Shown piece after piece: positions 59,345 to 64,000 of a DNA stretch of 64,000 nt. A program made the translations under genes and the position numbers. The stretch is taken from contig CAWJSR010000015.1 in the NCBI GenBank assembly GCA_963845515.1, forward strand, positions 32,001 to 96,000, written 5' to 3'. Each line of letters opens with the position of its first letter. Positions within the stretch are counted from its first letter, which is position 1. The notes under the pieces are model-generated. The model worked only from the letters and a program-made list of their open reading frames with translations, was not told where the DNA came from and ran no database searches. Source of the stretch: an uncultured delta proteobacterium (GTDB lineage Bacteria > Myxococcota > Myxococcia > Myxococcales > Anaeromyxobacteraceae).

Positions 59345-61912
59345 TCACTCCATGATGAGCTGCTGCGCGTCGACCTTCGGCCGGGTCGCGTCGTCCAGCT
59401 TCGGCGCGCTCCCCTCCTTGAACGGCTCCACGACGCCGCCGCTCTCGACCGGCTTCCCCGTGTCGGGGTCGATCCTCACCATCACCATCCCCGGCGGCGG
59501 CGTGAACTCCGGCTGCGGGCGGTGCCCAAGCGCGGCGGTCATGTAGTCGAGCCAGATGGGGAGGGACGCGTGGCCGCCCGTCTCGCCGCGCGCGAGCGGC
59601 GTCTCGTTGATGTCGTAGCCGAGCCAGACGCCGGTGGCGAGATCGTGGGTGAAGCCCATGAACCAGGTGTCGAACGAGTCGTTGGTCGTCCCCGTCTTGC
59701 CGGCCGCCGGCTTCCCCAGCTTCGCGGCGCGGGCGCCGGTCCCGACGGTCGCCACCTCGCGCATGAGGTGGACGAGCGTGTAGGCGGTGCGGGGATCCAT
59801 CGCCTGCTCGCGCTGGCGGGAGGCCTCCGCCAGCCCCGCCGCCATGCGCGCAGAGAGCGGCACCCACGGATCCCGCCAGTCGGCGTGGTCCTCCAGCACC
59901 CGGCCGTCGCGGTCCAGCACCCGCTTCACGAAGGCGCTGCCGCGCCGGTCGCCGTACCGCGCGAAGAGCGCGTAGACGTTGGTCAGCTCCCAGAGGTTGA
60001 CGCACGAGGAGCCGAGCGCGCTGCCGAGCTCACGCTTCACCGGCGTCGTGATGCCGAGCTGCTTCGCCCAGTCGGCGAGCGCGGTCGGGCCCTCCTGCAC
60101 GATGAGCGCCTCCGCCGTCTTGACGGCCGGGATGTTCATCGAGTTGATGACCGCGGTGCGGACGGTGACGTCCCCCTTGAACTCCTCGCCGAAGTTCTGC
60201 GGCTTCCAGGAGTTCTCGTCGTCGCGGAAGACGATCGGGGCGTCGGTGAGGATGGTCGCGGGCGTGAAGTCGAGCTTCTCGACCGCGGCGGCGTAGACGA
60301 TCGGCTTGAAGGCCGAGCCGGGCTGGCGGCAGGCCTGGAAGGCGCGGTTGAACTCGCTGGCCTCGAAGTCGTAGCCGCCGACCATCGCCGCGACGTAGCC
60401 CGTCCACGGATCGACCGAGACGAGCGCGCCCTGCAGCTTCGGCTCCTGCTCGAGGGCGAAGAGCACCTCGGCCTCCGGGACCTCGTTCGCCCTCCCCACG
60501 GCCAGGCGGCGCTCGGCGGCCATCAGCTCCTTGCGCGAGACGCGCCGCACCAGGACCACGTCTCCGCTCCGGAGCACCCCGGAGACGCGCGGGAGGAGCG
60601 CGTCCGCGTGGGAGACCTCCGGGTTGGGCCGGCGCGCCCAGCGCATGCCGGCGATCGGGATGATCCCATCGTTGGCGCCGACCGAGACGCGGACGACGTT
60701 CTGCGTCGCGTCGACGCCGGTGACGATCCCGACCGCGTGATCCCCGACGGCCAGCGCCCCAGCCGGCCAGCCGCGCGCGAGCCGCTCCTCCAGCGCCTGG
60801 CGGTCCACCCCCTGCACGCGCTGGAGCGCGCCGCCGTAGCCCTGGCGGCGATCCACCTCGAGCAGCCCCTCGAGCATCGCCCCCTGCGCGGCCCGCTGCT
60901 TCTCCAGGTCCATCGCCATCTCGACCCGCAGCCCGTCCTTCAGGAGCCGCTCGTTCCCGTAGCGGTCGACGATCTGCCGCCGGACCTGCTCGACGTAGAA
61001 GGGGGCGGTCTCGCGGAAGACGTCGTCGACGCCGTGGACCTTGACCTCGGCGGCGGACGCGCGCTCCCGCTCCTCGGCCGAGATCATCCCCTCCTCGAAC
61101 ATCCGGCGCAGGACGTACCGGCGGCGCTCCTTGGCCGTCGCCGGGTGGGCGAAGGGGGAGTACTTGGACGGCGCCTGCGGGAGGCCGGCCAGGAGCGCCG
61201 CCTCCTCGAGCGTCAGCTCGTCCACGTTCTTGCGGTAGTAGTTCTCGGCGGCGGCCTGGACGCCGTAGCTGTGGTGCCCGAGATAGACGCCGTTGAGGTA
61301 CAGCCAGAGGATCTGCTCCTTCGTGAAGGCCCCCTCCAGCCGGAACGCGAGGATCAGCTCACGGACCTTCCGCCGGAGGCTCTTCCGCGTCCCCTCCTGG
61401 AACCCCTCGGCCGAGATCAGGATCGACTTCGCCGTCTGCTGCGTGAGGCTCGACCCGCCCTGGACCTTGCGCCGGAGCACGTAGGTGTTGATCGCGGCGC
61501 GGAGCGTCCCGCGCCAGTCGACGCCGGAGTGATCGAAGAAGCGCTGGTCCTCCGAGGCGATGAAGGCCTGGATCAGCTGCTTCGGGATCCGCTCGTACGG
61601 AACGACCTTGCGCCGCTCGACGAAGAACTCCCCGGCGACCTGCCCGTCGGCGCTCACCATCTCGGTGATGATCGGCGGACGGTACTGGGCGACCGACGGG
61701 ATCACCGGGAGGCCGCGGGAGAACCAGGCCCAGGCGACCGCGACCACGACGGCGCCGACCGCGCACGCGACCGCGCCGGCCGCGGCCGCCCAGCGGACGA
61801 GCCGGCGCCGCCAGAAGGGCGTCTCGCCCATGATCAGCGTCGTCGCCGGCGCGACCCGTGTCGGGTCGGACGGGGACATCGGCCGCGTCGTCTCTTCGTC
61901 GTGCTCGCTCAC
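59345..61912 (-). CDS. mrcA: Penicillin-binding protein 1A
   Basis: EDQRFF.H.GVD, GGSSLTQQ, RKVRE, RQPGSAFKP, SMN and GKTGT motifs. Confidence 0.93.
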   Translation of the reverse strand: MSEHDEETTRPMSPSDPTRVAPATTLIMGETPFWRRRLVRWAAAAGAVACAVGAVVVAVAWAWFSRGLPVIPSVAQYRPPIITEMVSADGQVAGEFFVERRKVVPYERIPKQLIQAFIASEDQRFFDHSGVDWRGTLRAAINTYVLRRKVQGGSSLTQQTAKSILISAEGFQEGTRKSLRRKVRELILAFRLEGAFTKEQILWLYLNGVYLGHHSYGVQAAAENYYRKNVDELTLEEAALLAGLPQAPSKYSPFAHPATAKERRRYVLRRMFEEGMISAEERERASAAEVKVHGVDDVFRETAPFYVEQVRRQIVDRYGNERLLKDGLRVEMAMDLEKQRAAQGAMLEGLLEVDRRQGYGGALQRVQGVDRQALEERLARGWPAGALAVGDHAVGIVTGVDATQNVVRVSVGANDGIIPIAGMRWARRPNPEVSHADALLPRVSGVLRSGDVVLVRRVSRKELMAAERRLAVGRANEVPEAEVLFALEQEPKLQGALVSVDPWTGYVAAMVGGYDFEASEFNRAFQACRQPGSAFKPIVYAAAVEKLDFTPATILTDAPIVFRDDENSWKPQNFGEEFKGDVTVRTAVINSMNIPAVKTAEALIVQEGPTALADWAKQLGITTPVKRELGSALGSSCVNLWELTNVYALFARYGDRRGSAFVKRVLDRDGRVLEDHADWRDPWVPLSARMAAGLAEASRQREQAMDPRTAYTLVHLMREVATVGTGARAAKLGKPAAGKTGTTNDSFDTWFMGFTHDLATGVWLGYDINETPLARGETGGHASLPIWLDYMTAALGHRPQPEFTPPPGMVMVRIDPDTGKPVESGGVVEPFKEGSAPKLDDATRPKVDAQQLIME

Positions 61913-61924
61913 GGGGTGGCGAAT

Positions 61925-62935
61925 TTACACGCCTCGGCCGGGATTCGGAACCGGCGCGGTGACGCCGGGCGGGAGCGGCAGGTTCAGCCTGCGGAGGACC
62001 TCGACCAGCTCCTCCGGGAGCGGGGCGGTCAGCGAGAGGCGCTCCCCCGTGATGGGGTGCGGAAGCGACAGCTTCCACGCGTGGAGGAACATGCGCCTCA
62101 GCCCCCATCGCGTCCGGGCGGCCCGGTTGAACGGGAAGTCGCCGTAGCGCTTGTCGCCCGCCACCGGGTGGCCGGCGGCCTCGAGGTGGCGCCGGATCTG
62201 GTGCGTCCGTCCCGTCTCGATCGCGACCTGCAGGAGCGTGGCCTCCTTCATGGAGGCGAGCACCTTCCAGCGGGTGAGCGCCTCCTGGAAGTTCACGCCG
62301 CGCATCGACTTCGACTTTCCGGTCTGCTCGTGCTCGGAGAGCGGCAGGTCGATGGTCCCGGTGTCGCGCGACATCTTCCCCTTGGCGAGGGCGAGGTAGC
62401 TCTTCGAGACCCCCGCGCCCGAGGTGAAGAGCTCGGTGAGCCGAACCATCGCCTTCCTGTTCTTGGCCACCAGGATCACGCCGGAGGTGTCCCGGTCGAG
62501 CCGGTGGGCCGGGGACGGCTTGAACTCCTGCGGCGGCACGTCGGCGGGGACGCGCAGGTACGCGCGCGCCATCTCGACCATCGTCGCCCCCTCGATCCCC
62601 GTCCCGGGATGGGCCGCGAGGCCCGCCGGCTTGTCGACCGCCAGCAGGTCGCCGTCCTCGTACAGGACGCGGAAGGTGACCCTGACGCCGGCGTGGCTCG
62701 GCTGGCTCCCCTTCGGCTCCTGCGCCGCGAGCAGCTTGTCGGCGTCGCCGCGGATGAAGACCTTGTCACCGGCCGCGAGCAGCTGCTCCGCCTTCCCGCG
62801 CGAGCCGTTCACGCGGACCTGCCGCGTCCGCAGCAGCTTGTAGACGTGCGACAGCGGGACGTCCTTCAGCGCCTTGCGGACGTACTTGTCGAGCCGCTGG
62901 CCGGCGGCGTCGGGGGAGACCTCTAGCTCGATCAC
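61925..62935 (-). CDS. RluA-family pseudouridine synthase (RluC/D-like, S4 domain)
   Basis: QRLDKY, DKPAGL, HRLDRDTSG, TGRTHQIR and FLHA motifs. Confidence 0.93.
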   Translation of the reverse strand: MIELEVSPDAAGQRLDKYVRKALKDVPLSHVYKLLRTRQVRVNGSRGKAEQLLAAGDKVFIRGDADKLLAAQEPKGSQPSHAGVRVTFRVLYEDGDLLAVDKPAGLAAHPGTGIEGATMVEMARAYLRVPADVPPQEFKPSPAHRLDRDTSGVILVAKNRKAMVRLTELFTSGAGVSKSYLALAKGKMSRDTGTIDLPLSEHEQTGKSKSMRGVNFQEALTRWKVLASMKEATLLQVAIETGRTHQIRRHLEAAGHPVAGDKRYGDFPFNRAARTRWGLRRMFLHAWKLSLPHPITGERLSLTAPLPEELVEVLRRLNLPLPPGVTAPVPNPGRGV

Positions 62936-62944
62936 GGCGCGGTT

Positions 62945-63937
62945 CTACAGCAACTCGAGCTGCCGCGTCTCGCGCAGCGGCTCCGCGCGGATGCCCAGCT
63001 TCCGGAGGGCCGCCGCCAGCTCCTCCTCGAAGCCGTGCACCGTGAAGACCCGTGACGCGCCGGTCTCGCGGGCGTAGCGCAGGAGCGCCGGGTAGTCGGC
63101 GTGATCCGAGAGCGGGAAGGCCGCGTCTGCGCCGCGGAAGCGCCGCCCGCCGTCGATCGCCCAGCCGGTGAGCACGGCGCTCCGGCGCTTGCGCACGCCG
63201 CGCAGCGCCGAGGTCCAGGCGAGGTGCGGCGGGGCGACCACCACCTCGTCGCGCTCAGCCCCCTCGGCCCCGAGCAGCCGCACGCTGGGCAGGGGGACCC
63301 CGTGGGCCTCGTAGATCCGGTTGATCGCGTGGACCGAAGGGTGGGCGCGAACCTTGAAGCCGAGGTCGCAGAGCCACTTCTCGACCTCCTGGGCCTTCCC
63401 CAGCGCGTATCCCAGGAGGACGGGTGTCACCCCGTCGGAGAGCGCGTCCTCGACGAACTTGCGGACCCCGGCGAGGACCTCCTCCTTCGGGGGGAAGGAG
63501 TAGTGGGGGTGACCGAACGTCGACTCCATCACCAGGACGTCGCACGGGACCGTCTCCGCCCGCTCCGCCGCGTGCGTCGGCTCTAGGCAGAAGTCCCCCG
63601 TGTACCCCAGCGCGACGCCGGCTCGCAGCACGCGGAGCTGGGCGGATCCCAGGACGTGGCCCGCCGGGAAGAGCTCGAGCGTCAGCTCGCCGAGGCCGAA
63701 CGGGGTCCGGTACTGCGCCGGCAGGGCCTCGGTCTTCCTGCGCCTGGGCGCACCCAGCCTGTAGCGCATGAGGTCCAGCGTCGCGGGCGTGGCGATGGCG
63801 CGATCGTGCCGCCCGAGGTGATCGCCGTGGGCGTGCGAGATGAAGGCGCACTCGGCGCGCCGGCGGGCGTCGAGCTGCAGCGACGTGCCGGCGACCCGCA
63901 GCTGCCCCCCCTCGAGCTCGATGAACGAACGGCGCAT
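62945..63937 (-). CDS. Metallo-beta-lactamase/beta-CASP fold nuclease
   Basis: SHAHGDH, AGHVLGSA, YTGDF, ESTFG, YALGKAQE, SDHAD and VHG motifs. Confidence 0.9.
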   Translation of the reverse strand: MRRSFIELEGGQLRVAGTSLQLDARRRAECAFISHAHGDHLGRHDRAIATPATLDLMRYRLGAPRRRKTEALPAQYRTPFGLGELTLELFPAGHVLGSAQLRVLRAGVALGYTGDFCLEPTHAAERAETVPCDVLVMESTFGHPHYSFPPKEEVLAGVRKFVEDALSDGVTPVLLGYALGKAQEVEKWLCDLGFKVRAHPSVHAINRIYEAHGVPLPSVRLLGAEGAERDEVVVAPPHLAWTSALRGVRKRRSAVLTGWAIDGGRRFRGADAAFPLSDHADYPALLRYARETGASRVFTVHGFEEELAAALRKLGIRAEPLRETRQLELL

Positions 63938-64000
63938 TTGCCCGGGTTATCTACCCCGGGCCGCCGACACCGCCACCATCACCCGGGTTGCGGCGCCGCG

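Noticed and set aside
59522..62926. Very long antisense or alternative-frame ORFs (e.g. 59522-62926 +, 19921-22836 -, 9754-12015 -)
   Set aside because: Shadow ORFs expected at this GC content, opposite well-supported genes and without motifs.

Overview
High-GC (Myxococcota, Anaeromyxobacter-like by gene content and protein style; this is an inference) chromosomal window, mostly housekeeping: an A2-type cytochrome c oxidase operon, cydAB, metH, ettA, dnaB, thiE/thiD, bioA/bioD, tatBC, an MCP, PBP1A, an RluA-family synthase and lolA. It carries five radical SAM genes. The best candidates for an undescribed system are (1) a cobalamin-dependent radical SAM (15027-17444) fused in one reading frame to a lipoprotein-signal-like segment, four copies of a conserved 14-residue motif ([HR]DxG[IV][AQ]EA[AP]PPP[YM]D) and a PEGA-like tail, i.e. 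a possible self-modifying enzyme-substrate fusion, and (2) a tightly coupled operon of two B12-radical SAMs, two GNAT-like proteins and a GH3 adenylating enzyme (22849-29013), downstream of an AmmeMemoRadiSam rSAM and divergent from metH. Other notable signals are a helically phased TCCAC (DnaA-box-like) array upstream of dnaB, a YDPNA(Q)P repeat protein, dispersed CCCTCTCCC/GGGAGAGGG REP-like palindromes, a ~120-nt stem-loop element and a decayed BrnT/BrnA remnant. About a dozen apparent single-base frameshifts, some in conserved genes, are most likely sequencing or assembly errors. No rRNA, tRNA, CRISPR array or transposase was recognised.
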